Source of the DNA: the human T2T-CHM13v2.0 reference genome, Homo sapiens | NCBI RefSeq assembly: GCF_009914755.1 | Contig: NC_060934.1 | Length of the DNA: 64,000 nt | Direction: 5' to 3' (one strand) | In this document: positions 32,365 to 45,351 of the stretch, one piece after another | How positions within the stretch are numbered: position 1 is the first letter of the stretch | Layout: every line of letters starts with the position of its first letter | The notes under the pieces: generated by a model | What the model was told of the DNA's origin: nothing | The model's input: only the letters and a program-made list of their open reading frames with translations | Database searches by the model: none | Program-made: the position numbers and the translations under genes

Positions 32365-32600
32365 ATAAATATAATAGCTACAATTTATTAGGCTATTGCT
32401 TCCAAGCTGTGGCTGTACTCAGTTCTTTACATGTATATTTCAATTCCCTCCTCTGATGGAGGCATCATAATCAATCATTCTTATAGATTAGTTAGGTAGG
32501 CAAATCACACATGGCCACACAGCCAGGAGATGGCAGAGTTACTGGATGTGGGCTCACGTTTCTCTGTCTCCAGGGCCCATACTCCCGTACTGTCATTTTG
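32365..32600 (-). mobile_element. MIR
   Basis: AATAATAGCTACAATTTATT...GGCCACACAGCCAGGAGATGGCAGAG. Confidence 0.65.
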
Positions 32601-33055
32601 GGGGTCCAGAAAGTTCGTTCTCTGAGTAATAGGAAAATTAATAATCATATTGTCAATAATCAAAACAAGGCTTGTGTGGATTAGTAAAGACCAAAATATG
32701 TTGAGGAATAAAGGGTTTGCATTTGTTGCCACTGTGACTACAGGTCTTCCATGCATCTTACTGTGGTTTTCTTGGTGCTTCTTACCCTAGCATTAGTAAC
32801 CATATCATTCTCTATCCTGCTAACCCATGGGATTCAGTCCCACTCAACTCCAGATAGACCCCTCCCAGGAGGGTTTAGATACTGATATAAGAGGACACCC
32901 AAACATAAAGCCCTTCAACCTGGTCTTCTAATAAGTTTCTCCAACACCATAATCTAGTCACAGCTGTGTATGTTGTATACCTGGAAGAGTCTAGCACCAT
33001 GGGCGAGGGCCTTTGGAGACTAAACTGCTCTGGTCCCACTTAAAAAAATAAATTA

Positions 33056-34123
33056 GCGGACTTTATTTTTAAAAGTAGTTTTAGGTTTGCGAAGAATTGA
33101 GTAAAGGATATGGAGAGTTCCCATATTACACCCCCAGTTTCCCCTGTTACTATCTACTCGAATTAGCATGCTACATTTGTTACAATTGATGAACCAACAA
33201 TGGTATATTATTATTAACTAAAGCCTATAGTTTACATTAGGGCTCATTATTTGTTTTGTACAGTTCAATGGATTTTAGTAAATATATAATGACAAGTGTT
33301 CACCATTAGAGTATCATACGGAATAGTGAAACTAAAAATCCCCTGTGCTCCACCTTTTCATCTCCCTGGCAACCCCTGATCTTTTTACTGTTTCCATAGT
33401 TTTGTCTCTTCCAGAATGTCATATAGTTGGAATTACACAGACTACCTTTCAGACTAGCTTCTTTGATTTAGAAATATGCATTTAGGGTTGCTCTATGTCT
33501 TTTCATGGCTTTTTATCACTGAATAATATTCCATTTTCTGAATGTACCACAGTTTATCCATTCATCCTCTGAAGGACATCTTACTTGATCTAATTTTTGG
33601 CAATTATGAATAAACTTGCTATAAACATTTGTGTGTAGGTTTGTGTGTGGACATAAGTTTTCAAATCATTTGAGTAAATACCAAGGAGCACAACTGCTGG
33701 ATCATATGAGAAGAGCATGTTTAGTTTTGTAAGAAACTGCTAAACTGTCTTCCAAAGTGGCTGTACCATTTTGCATTCCCACCAGCAATGAATGAGCATT
33801 CCTGTTGCTCCACACCCTCACCAGCATTTGGCATTGTCAGTGTTCTGGATTTAGGTCATTCTGAGAGACCTGTAGTGGTACCTTTTTGTTTTAATTTGCA
33901 TATCCCTGATGACATATGATGTGGAGTGTCTTTTCGTATGCTTATTTACCATCTGAATATTTTCTTTGGTGAGGTGTCTGTTTAGATTATTTGCCTATTT
34001 TAAAAACTGTTTTTTTCCCTTAAGTTGTAAGAATTATTTTTCTATTTTGGATACCAGTTCTTTAAGATATGTATTTTGCAAGTATTTTCTTCAATCTCTG
34101 GATTGTCTTTTTACTCTCTTAAT
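33056..34123 (-). mobile_element. L1MC-type 3' end
   Basis: CTTTATTTTTAAAAGTAGTTTTAGGTTT..., TTCCAAAGTGGCTGTACCATTTTGCATTCCCACCAGCAATG. Confidence 0.88.
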
Positions 34124-34324
34124 GGCCCCACCTTTTAAAGATACATAGATTTATCTCCCTGGGCAAAGTATCTAGTTATTGCTTTCAAGACCTTAACATT
34201 ATTTTCCCTACAATCTCCTTGGCAGAGCTGTGTCTGCTTTGAGTTTTCTAGTAGGCTGTTCATGCTGTGTTTTATAGAGAATGATGTGATCAGTTTCTCT
34301 TATGGAGGTGGGTTTAAAAGTCAA

Positions 34325-34685
34325 AATTAATGTATCAAGTATTTAGGGAACATCTGCTATGTGCGCTGCATCCAGGAAGGTGCTGGGTGATGATGGTGAG
34401 CGAGGCCGTCTGAGTCCCTGTCCTCGGGGAACTTACAGTCTAGTGGGAGCGACATCATGAACCAAGTGCAGCCCAGTGTGGAAAGGAAAATGGAAGCAGA
34501 TTCTGGGGTGGGTGTGGGGGGTCAGACCTGGACCCCAGCTCAGCCCAGAGGGTCAGGAAATGCTTTGCATAAGAAGTGAGAGGATGCTTGAGACCTGAAG
34601 GGTGAGCCGGAGTTAGGCAGTGAGAGAGGCAGTGGGTGTATGATGAGGAGACAGTACCAGCTGAGCAAACGGCAGGTGCCTCTGG
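34325..34685 (-). mobile_element. L2 fragment
   Basis: TCAAGTATTTAGGGAACATCTGCTATGTGC...ACTTACAGTCTAGTGGG. Confidence 0.7.
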
Positions 34686-34818
34686 ATTATTTTAGATACC
34701 TCATGCTATAGATATGATTGGGTTTTTGGAAACCAAGGAAGGTGGTGAAATTTGCTTAAATTTCCCTTAAGTTTCTTTAAAAATGAACATTTAAGATCCT
34801 TTAGGCACCATCTTAAAT

Positions 34819-34993
34819 CAGTGGTTCTCAAGTCAGGCAACATTTTAGAATCCTCTGGATGCTCTTAAAAAAAATTACCCATGCTGGGCCTCCAGCCAGA
34901 CCATCTGAATCAGTCTCAGGGGGCAGAGCCTGAGCCCTGGCACTTGTTCAAGGCCCGCAGGAGAGTTTCACACATACAGGGTGGAGAATCACT
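34819..34993. mobile_element. MER5A-like hAT-Charlie
   Basis: CAGTGGTTCTCAA...GAGAATCACTG termini. Confidence 0.75.
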
Positions 34994-35091
34994 GTCATGA
35001 AGGGAGGGGGTTTTGCAGGACAATCCACTTCTGTTTTTGTGATGACATTCTGCTTTTAAATACAGGCAAGCTCTGTGCATGTATGTGCTTT

Positions 35092-35392
35092 TTGGTGGGC
35101 AGGTTTATGCAAACCTACCCCCAAGAGTCAGAGGAAACTGAGAGGCCCAAGAAAGAGACTGAAAGATGCAGTTGCTCAGAAAGAAACATTGAAGAGGGAC
35201 TTATGAACAGAAGCCATGTCTGAGTCTCAGGCGGTGGTGAGACAAGATGAGACGGTGGCTCTCCGTACCATATTATCCCACATATTCAGGGCAGGAGTGA
35301 CTCAGAAGGGATGTATAAGACAATTGAAATATGGTAGCATCAAGGTTGTTTTGACCTAAGGGCAGGATTTATGGTAAGTATGAGCTCTTACA
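35092..35392 (-). mobile_element. ERV1-type LTR fragment
   Basis: TGCAAACCTACCCCCAAG...GGGACTTATGAACAGAAGCCATG resembles ERV1 LTRs; family uncertain. Confidence 0.55.
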
Positions 35393-38039
35393 GTTTTCAA
35401 GTAAGTCTATATGTTTTTATATTGTCTTATATTGATATTTAGTTAATAAATAGAAAGCCAGTAAACTGATCAGTCAGAATTAACATAGAATAGGTGCTGT
35501 TTGTTGTTATGTCTGGAATATTTATATTGGAGGTTTGAATCTCTGGGTGGGATTGATCCACATGTTATTGAACCTGTAATGATTAAACTTTGATATTTGT
35601 TGCCTTGGGTATTGCTGATGGAGTAATACTGGGCAACACCATGGTTTCCATGTTGCCAACCAATAGCGGAGTGTGTTTTGAGGGAAGATATCTATATGTG
35701 TATATTTACATATATTTTGTCTGTATATCTATTTTATAGCTGAGATATATTAATATACATATTATAATTTATTATATTATACTTACAATATTACCTGTAT
35801 ATTACGTTACTTATTTTATCTTATAAAATTATTATGAATTATGTATAATTATGAATTATATAAAATTACATGTATATTTAAAAAATATAACGATACACAA
35901 TAATTACAGTTTATTTTATATATTATATACTATGTATTAATTATATATAACACTGGGGTTCTCCGGAGGGCAAGGCCTGTGTGGGCTGAGGGTGTGGTAT
36001 TGGGCAGAAGAGCTGAACTGACCACTAGCTGCAAACTGGAGCCACTTCAGGTGAAGAAGAACGCTGGGATGGTTAGAGGTTTGGTCATGGCAGCCACCTG
36101 GGCATTTACAGGATTCTTTTCTTTGTCATGCCCTGCAGACCACTTGGGGAGACCAGTCCCAGTACTTCTGCCATGCGTGACATGGATCTGGGCCACTTTT
36201 ATTTCTGTATTTGATGCTGGCTGGAGACCTTTTTCTTGTCCTCTCTTCTTCTCTCAAGAGTATTGTGTTCAACCTGGGTCATGGTGACCATTTTTTTTTC
36301 CAGTTCTCGTTGGGTAATAATTTCGATAAATCAAGCATGGGTCAAGCCACACTGCCAGGGTTGGGAGGGCCCACAGTGCTTCTCTCAGTGGTTCTTAATC
36401 TCAGCCAACTGGCAGAACCACCGAGGTGCTTTTAGAAGTCTCTGTCTGAGTGTTCTGGGTGCAGAAGCTCAGAGCCAGAGGTGACCCTGAGAATTTAATC
36501 CCCCAATTCACACCACTGTGGAAATTTGCAGAGCTCTTAGGCTGCCCATAACTTTAGACTTCCCGTAATCCGTAGGATGGATCTGAAGGGGTAGAAAAAT
36601 CCCAGCTTGCCTCTGGGTCCAATTTCCTAATTTTACACATGGGGAAATGGAGGCCCACAGAACAAGGTCACACCTTTGGACACATAGCACAGTGTGGACG
36701 AAGAACCACGTCTTTAGCTCCAATCTGCCTCCGATAGTTGGCTCAGAGTTTATGAAGCTTGAGGTGAGAGCTGCCGAGGAATAAAGGCACTGCTCAGGTC
36801 TCAGCTTAATTTATCCTGGTCTGTCTGACAGAATATATTCTCCATTTGCATCTGGAAAAAGGGGAAACCCTAAATTCCTTCTAATTCTAACTTAGGTGTC
36901 GCATGCAGCTGAGCCTGCCTCTCTCCGTAGCCAAGCACACCGTGGAATGCAGGGAAAAGACCACAGAGCATAAAATGGGCAGAAATGGGTTTGAAATGGT
37001 CCCTGTTGAATCCTTCCTACCTTTTAAAATTTATGTTGTTGCTGTCGGATAATTCTCCTTTCTAGCAACCTTTCAGGTTTTGTTTCCAAGCAAAGCAGCA
37101 TCTTTTGGAAAAGTGAAAAAAAAAATTACCTTTGAATTAAACCCTTTGAATATACGTATATGCTTTTCAAAAATGACAGTAGTTCACTGGCTAATGATAT
37201 GTATTTGATGAGTGAATTTTGCACTGTTAATGAGGTGGGTCAGAAGAGCTTTTTTTTTTTTTTTTTTTTTAAAGGCCTCAGTTATGAATATGAAATGCAT
37301 GGTTTTGGAGATAAAAGGGCTTTATTTTGATACAAAATTGAAATGTGGAGACTTGGAAGAAACATTGATAACCCCAAGAACCCCTGGTGTGATATAAATG
37401 TTACTGCTGGTGACAGAAAGTTAAATGAATTTGAAATAAAAATAATTAATTTCATTGCTTCCTGGTTAAAGGGACCAGGGGCGCAGAAGCTCCATGGAAC
37501 ACTGTGAGATTTGTGATTTAGTTGTAACAGATTTCCATAAATGGGATTTAGAACTGGATTTCATCCATTAAAAATTGATTGCTCTGGATAAAGAACAGTT
37601 CTAATTTCAATTACTTGGCCCTCATGGTCCAATGTGGTAAATATTTCATGGCTTGGTGTACAGGGCTGTTTTCCAGGTGTCATATATTCACTTAACTTGC
37701 CTGGCTGTGTCCCTTGGGTGTCTTTTTCTTCCTATTGAAAATCTTGTTTAGAGCACAGACTCTCCTGTTGTCCCCAAAGTCTGGTTTTCCTGGTCACTGA
37801 GACTGGCATTTCGCATGAATTGGTTACGGCAAAGACGTTTCTTGCCTGCGTGAAGAGATGTGGTGCTTCTGGGTATTGGTGTTTCAAATTAAATAGTGGA
37901 CTGTTGACTGCTCTGAGCGTAATTCTTCCAGGAATGTGTATGCTACTGGGCATTGTTCATCTTTTTCTGTTGCTGTCTCTTCTCTTTCGTTAGACTGCAA
38001 GCTTTAAAAAATAAATCCCAGTGCAAATAGCTTTAGAAT

Positions 38040-39340
38040 TTTTCTGATTATAAAAATAATGTTTTTATGGTTTTGAGGTTTACATTTAAGTCTTTGATAG
38101 GTGCAGTAAACCACCATGGCACATGTATACCTATGTAACAAACCTGCACGTTCTACACATGTATCCCAGAATTTAAAGTAAAATAAAAAAAAGTTAATTG
38201 CAAATAATTTAGAAACTACGGAAATATATGTTTAAAAAAGAACCCATAGACTCTCTACCCAGAAATAGCTTCTGATAATACTTTAATGTATGGTCGTCCA
38301 AGATTCTTTTTTGATGCATTCAGGTATCTATGTTTATCTACCTATTTTAACAAAAACATGCTGCCATCCAATATATGCAGTTTTGAAACCTGTTCTTTTT
38401 ATTTACCAATGTGTTGTGGACATATTTCATGAATATTGTGATTTTTTAAAGAGCTCTGTTGTGTTTTATTGTATAGATGTTTTGTAATTTATTGAATCCA
38501 TGTCTTATTAATGGATGTTTGGGTTATTTTTAGTTTTTCGTTATTAAAAATAAGGCTGCAATATATATCCTTTAACTGCATCCTTACAGACTTCCTTAGG
38601 ACAAATTCTTAAGAGAGTAATTTCTGAGAAATAAATAAATAGTCTTTAAAACTTCTAAAGCATATTGCTAATCTGCCCTCTACTTAATCTTTTAAATCAT
38701 TGCCGAGGGAAGTGGGAACTCATTGTTTTTTTAATTCGTATTTTCTTGACTAAGTTTTTTTTTTTTATTTCTACCCCCTAGTTGTTTTAATACTGTATTT
38801 ACTGAAAAGCCAATTCCATGCAGGCTGAGATTTTCATCTGTTTTGTTTCTTCTCTGTCTCCTATTCCAAGAAGAGTGGTTTTGACATATAGAAGGAGCTC
38901 AAATGTTTATTGAATGTTGAATGAATTACCTTTCCTGTCTTTTGCTCATTTTTTCCATAAAGAGTGCCTGCTTTTTAATCACTGATTTTAAAAAACTTTT
39001 TATATACTAAAGATATTAGTTCTTTGCCATGGAGTGCAAATATTTTTCCCAGTTTGCCTTTCATGTTTTAAGTTTGAGGATTTTTATTTTTGCATATAGA
39101 AATATTTATTTTTTAACGGGGTCAATTGTATTAACATTTTCTTTAGTTTTATCTTTCCTGCTGAGCTTGAAGAAAAGACTTTCTTATTCTAGAATTAGAC
39201 AACTGCAACCTTGATTTTTTTCTAATTACTTTTGATGGTTTCACTTTCAACCTTTAAGTTATTAATCTCCATGAAAGTGTTTTGGTGAAACGTAGGGATT
39301 TACATTGAATTCTTTCCTTCCATATGGTTTGCCAGTCATC
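38040..39340 (-). mobile_element. L1ME-type decayed 3' region with nested L1PA mini-insert and L2 piece
   Basis: TTTCTGATTATAAAA..., GCAAATATTTTTCCCAGTTTG; L2 end at ~38820-38925. Confidence 0.65.
38061..38192 (+). mobile_element. Tiny L1PA insertion with inverted 5' piece
   Basis: 38095-38192 is a sense L1PA 3' end with A-tail. 38061-38098 is antisense ORF2 sequence resembling 24353-24390. Confidence 0.8.
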
Positions 39341-42279
39341 ACAACACACTCTCTTTTTCCCCTGGTTGTAACCTTTGAAGGCAGGGAGCTGGAGGGTGAG
39401 AACTAACATTTACTGGGGGACTGTTTCTAAGACATATGAAACTTGCCCTATTTATTGCACTTATCCCTCCTAATGTAGCCCTGCAAGGTAAAGGATCCCA
39501 GACTAGCAGACTGAGGCTTAGAGAGGTAAGAAGTATGTCCAGAGTCACTGAGTAACCTGGGATCCAGGGATCTCAAGCCCCTGCTCCTTCCACTGATTCC
39601 TCAGTCCCAGCATCCGGGTACTTAGGGCTGGCGGACTGCCCTGCCCAGTAGTGCAGCTATCAGCATTGGATGTGCTAACAGCAGACTTTCTACAGCCATT
39701 AAAAAATGAAATTCTTGAGTTAAGATGTTTAAAGGAAAGTATTATTTTGGAGGAAGCGCAGATGTATTTAGAGCCTCCCTTTCTAGTCCTAATGTCTGGT
39801 AGAGTACCCAAAACATATTTTTCTTGGCTCCTGGACTTGACGTCAAAGAGAAGTACAGAGGTTAGAGGCAGAGAGTATGAATTTTAAACACTCAACATGG
39901 AATGAAAGTTAACGTGTGGAAAATAGGGATAATGATTATTATTTAAGATGTGTGAAATGCATTTAAAATCATGTTTGGCAATTCTAGGATGGCAAACATT
40001 ATTATTTTATTGTTAAACACAATTTGCTCCATTGAGCTGATGCCCAGTGCTTTAAGTGATGTCATTAAGGAATGATGTTTTTGTGCAGTAGTTGTAGTTT
40101 AATTGTGTATAGTTTATATGCAACAGAAGTATTTTACCTTAATGCTTTTTCCAAATATTCACATCAACTACATGTAATTACTTGACTGTACTTTTAATGA
40201 TGCTAAAAATTTAAATTCTGTGGCAACGTAAATCTCTGACAAGACAGTATATTTACTAACACTGAAGGAATGTAAGACCATTGTGCATTTTTAGAGGCTT
40301 GTATTTATGCATATGGCACAAACATTTGCATTTTTACATTCATTTATCTTAATTATTGGACACAGTTAATTTAAAACACTAACTTGGACAAAACTAATTG
40401 TTCTGTATTATATCAGAATAAATAACATATCTATTTTATAATATATAATATATGCCAAACTATTTGCCATATCTTTATAATAATAAATAACATTTAATAA
40501 ATAATAAAAGTAAAATAATAATTATACATTAGGTAATATAAACAAATACTACATAAATATATATTTATATTGGGCATATTATGCAATAATTATGATTATA
40601 TAAATATATTATCAATAATATTTACATTTTAAAATTAAAAGATGATATTGTATCATTATTTGCAAATACTTCCTCCTGGTATTGCTTGCTTTTCATTTTC
40701 TTAATGGCGTCTTTGAAGAACACACACTATTAATGTTGATGAAGTCCAGTTTATTAATTTTTTTTCTTTTTAGTTAGTGCTTTTTGTGTTCTAAGGATTG
40801 GTCGATAACAACAAGATTGTGAAGGTTTCTCCTATATTTTCTTCCAGAAGCATTTTGGTTTAGCTTTTACTGTTAGGCCTGGGATCCATTTCAAATTACT
40901 TTATGTGTATGGTATAAGGTATGGGTTAAATTCATTTTTTTCCATATGGGTGTCAAGTTTTCCAGTAACATTTGTTGAAAAAATTCTATTTTCTCATTGA
41001 ACTACCTTGGTGCCTTTATCAAAAGTCACTTATGTGTATACACAGGTCTGTTTTTGGGTACTGCATTCTGTTACATTGCTCTGTGTGTATATCTTACACT
41101 AAAACTACAATATCTTTATTACTGTAGCTTCATAAGTTTTGAAATCAGGTAGTGTAAATCATCCAACTTTGTTCTTTCTAAAGTGTTTTGGCTATTTTTG
41201 GTGTCTTCATATACAGTTGAAATAGCTTGTTAATTGGTACAAAAGTAAAGTATATGCTGGGATTTTGACTGGGATTATGTTGACCCTGTAGATCAATTTG
41301 AGATAATTGACATATTAATAGAATTGAGATATTAAATCCATGAAAATGATACATTTCTCCATTTATATATGCCTTATTTAATTTCTCTCAGCAATGTTTT
41401 TGGTGTCTTGGTGTACAGGTTATATACATCTTTCACTGAATTTCTTCCTAAGCACCTCATATATTTTGATGCTGGTGCAAGTGATACTTAAAAAATTCCA
41501 ATAGTTTTTTGCTTATATATATAAATATACAAGATTGTTTTGTATATAAATCATATTCTGGAACATTTTTAGATTATTAACTTTATGATATTTTAAATAT
41601 ATTCTTTAGTATTTTTCTATATAGATAATTAGGCTGTCTACAAATAAGGATTTACTTCTCCCTTCCCAACCCTCTTGCCTTTTATTTTTTTCTTGTCTCA
41701 TTGCATGGCTAGAACTTTCAGTGCAATAGTTGAATAGAAGTGGTGAGAGCAAACATCCTTACTTTGTTCCTGTTCTAGGAGAAAAACATTTATTATTTCA
41801 CCACAAAGTATGATGTTAGCTGTAGGTTTTAGTAGCTGCTCTTTATCAAATTGAGAAAGTCATATGAATAGCATGCTGAGAATTTTTATCATGAATGGTT
41901 ATTTCATTTTGTCTAATTTCTTTGCTGTATGTATTGAAATGATCGTATAATTTTTGCCTTTATTATGTAAATATGGTAAACTACCTTGATTGATTTTCAG
42001 ATATTGACTCAATGTTGCATTGCTGGGATAAGCTCCACCTTGTTATGATATATTGTCACTTTTATTTATTACTAAATTTGTTTTTTAAAAACATTTTGTT
42101 GAGGGCTTTTGCACTTTTGTTCATGAGAGATTTGGCCTGTAGCTTTTTTTCTTCTAAAGTGTCAGGTTTTGGTATTTGTTTTATGTTGGCTTCATAAAAT
42201 GAATTGGAAAGCATGTTCGCTACCTCTATTTTCTGAATTTGTGTAATGATGACATTATTTCTTTAGTAAAGTTGGCTTA

Positions 42280-42735
42280 TGTCAGAGGAGAACCTCTAGG
42301 TCAATGGCAAGAAGTAAAACTGCCAAAACGTCGTAGATGCTGAAAGTGGGCGATGAGACCTAATGGATTAGAGTAACGCAGTTTATTACTCACAGCAATG
42401 TGAACAGCAGGAGCAGTTCCTGCTGCAAGACCCGCAGGGTGTTGTGATGGGATCAGATGGTGACTATGCATGCAATAGTTTGTGCTGTAGCTGAGAAACC
42501 CAGGGCCAAGAACTCAGCATCCTTTTTAGCAAGCAGGCAGCAGGCCAGTCTCCCTACCCTAAGGAGTAAGTAGGGCCATGGTGGTTACTAGTGGTTGCTT
42601 TGACCCACTTAACTGCCCGTATGACTGGCTATATAAACTGCTCAGTATTAAGGGGATGGTCGAGTCTTGTAGTTTGGCATACTCAGCCAGAACATGCAGG
42701 AATGCTCAGGGTACATGACAGACTTGCCTCTCCCA
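42280..42735 (-). mobile_element. ERVL solo LTR (MER74/MER76-group)
   Basis: CAGTTTATTACTCACAG; reverse complement begins TGGGAGAGGCAAG...CCTGAGCATTCCTGCATG. Confidence 0.7.
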
Positions 42736-43936
42736 GGGAAATCACCTGGGCATGAGGTTTTCTTTGTGAGAAGGTTTTTGATTTACAGATTCAATTTCTC
42801 TAAGTTATTCTGATTTTCTGTTTCTTCTTGATTCCACCTTGGTAATTAATGTCATTCAAGGCATTTATCTAAGTTGTCAAACTGATTGGCAATAAAGTCT
42901 TCATATTATTCTCTTATAATTCTTTAAACATCTGTTGGATATATTTATATTCCTATTATTAGTAATTTGTGCTTTCTCAATTTTTTTATGTATTAGTCTT
43001 GCCAAGGGGTTTATCAATTTTGTTGATGTTTTTCCCAAGAACCAACTTTCGACTTTGTTAAATTTCCATATTTATTTAGTCTATTTTCTATTTCATTGAT
43101 TTCTGTTTTTACCTTTATATCTTAGTTGATATCCAGTTAGTTCTTTTTCGTCTAGCTTCATAAGGGGAAACTTTGGTCAATGATTTTAAATCTTTTTTCT
43201 TTTTCTATTGTAGACATTTAAAATAATAACTTTCTCCCTGAGCTAGCTTTAACTGTATCCCGCATGTTTTGGTATGTTGTGTTTTCATTATTATTCAGTT
43301 GAAACATTTTCTAATTTCCTTGTGACTTCTTTGATCCATGGATTATATGTAAGTATGTTATTTTATTTCCAACTATCTGTGTTTTTTCCTAGATATATTA
43401 TTTTTAATTTCTAATTTAATTTTATTATGCATGGCAAACTTACTCTGTAAGGTTTTAATCTTTTGAAACTTATTGAACTCATTTCATGACCGAGCATATA
43501 ACCTATCTTGGTGATTTTGTGTGCACTTGTAAAGCACACGTGTTTTGAAGTTGTTGATTTTCATGTTCCAAAAATATTAATTTAGTCAAGTTGGTTTATA
43601 GTGTCGTTCAGATTTTCTTTATTCTTAATCAATGTTTTGTTTATTTGTTCTATTGATTACTGGGAAGCAGAAAGCAAAACCTCCAACTATGAAAGTGGAT
43701 TTGTCTTTTCTCTCCTTAGTTCTGTCAATTTTTGCTTTACATAGTTGACACTCTGTTATTTGGTGCATACATATTTCAAATTGTTAGGTCTTCATTATAC
43801 AATAATTATTTTATCATCATGAAATATCCCTTTTTATCTATGATAATATTTTACTTCTTGATATTTGTACTGTTTGACGATAATACAGGCACCTCAGCTT
43901 TTTTATGATTATTGTTTGCATGGTATTTTTTTCCAT

Positions 43937-44248
<312 letters not shown>

Positions 44249-44727
44249 TTTCATCTTTATACTATAAACTTATGCCTTTATCCTTAAATTAATAACAACC
44301 AACAATATTAAAGTTTGTCATGTTGCTATTTGTTTATTATTTTTCCTTTCTGTTTTATTTACTCCTTTCCTGCTTTTTTGTTTTGGATTAATCAAATATT
44401 ATTTGGCATTCTATTTTATTTCCTTTATTGACTCCTTAGCTACATCTTTTATTATTATTTCTCTAGTGTTGCTCTAAGGCCATTAATATGCATCCTTAAT
44501 CTATCAAAGTCTTAGAGTAAATAAAGTTCCACTTCACACTTCCATTTTCACATTTTACCCATGACACTTTCCACTTCCTACTTTACCCTTTCCACCTAGC
44601 AAACAGTTTAATTCCACTTACCCGTACCCTTCTCTTTGTGTTACTGTTGTCGTATATTTTATTCCTTCATAATTATAACTCACAACTTACAATGTTATTT
44701 TTGTTTTAAACTATCCTTTTAAGACTT

Positions 44728-44817
44728 TTGTAGTTTGGCATACTTAGCCAGGGCAAGCAGGAATGCTCAGGGTACATGACAGACTTGCCTCTCCCAGGTA
44801 AATCACTTGGGCATGAG
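44728..44817 (+). repeat. 90-bp copy of 42667-42756 (LTR/L1 junction)
   Basis: 6 mismatches in 90 bp by manual alignment. Confidence 0.93.
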
Positions 44818-45006
44818 AAGAAAAAAAAAATCAAGAGAAGAAAATACAGTCTCTTATGTGTGCTTACATCTTCATGTTTGCTGCTGTGCTTCATTTCTTC
44901 TGCACATTGACATTCATTTCTTTTCATTCTGAAGAACATCTGCTGGCCATTGGACTTTCAAATTAAAATCTTTAAAAAATTTTTAGGATTTAAAAATATT
45001 AGTGTT

Positions 45007-45351
<345 letters not shown>

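Noticed and set aside
35690-35950. AT-rich tract (also 40420-40640) as a special structure
   Set aside because: Degenerate low-complexity sequence without clear complex inverted arms.
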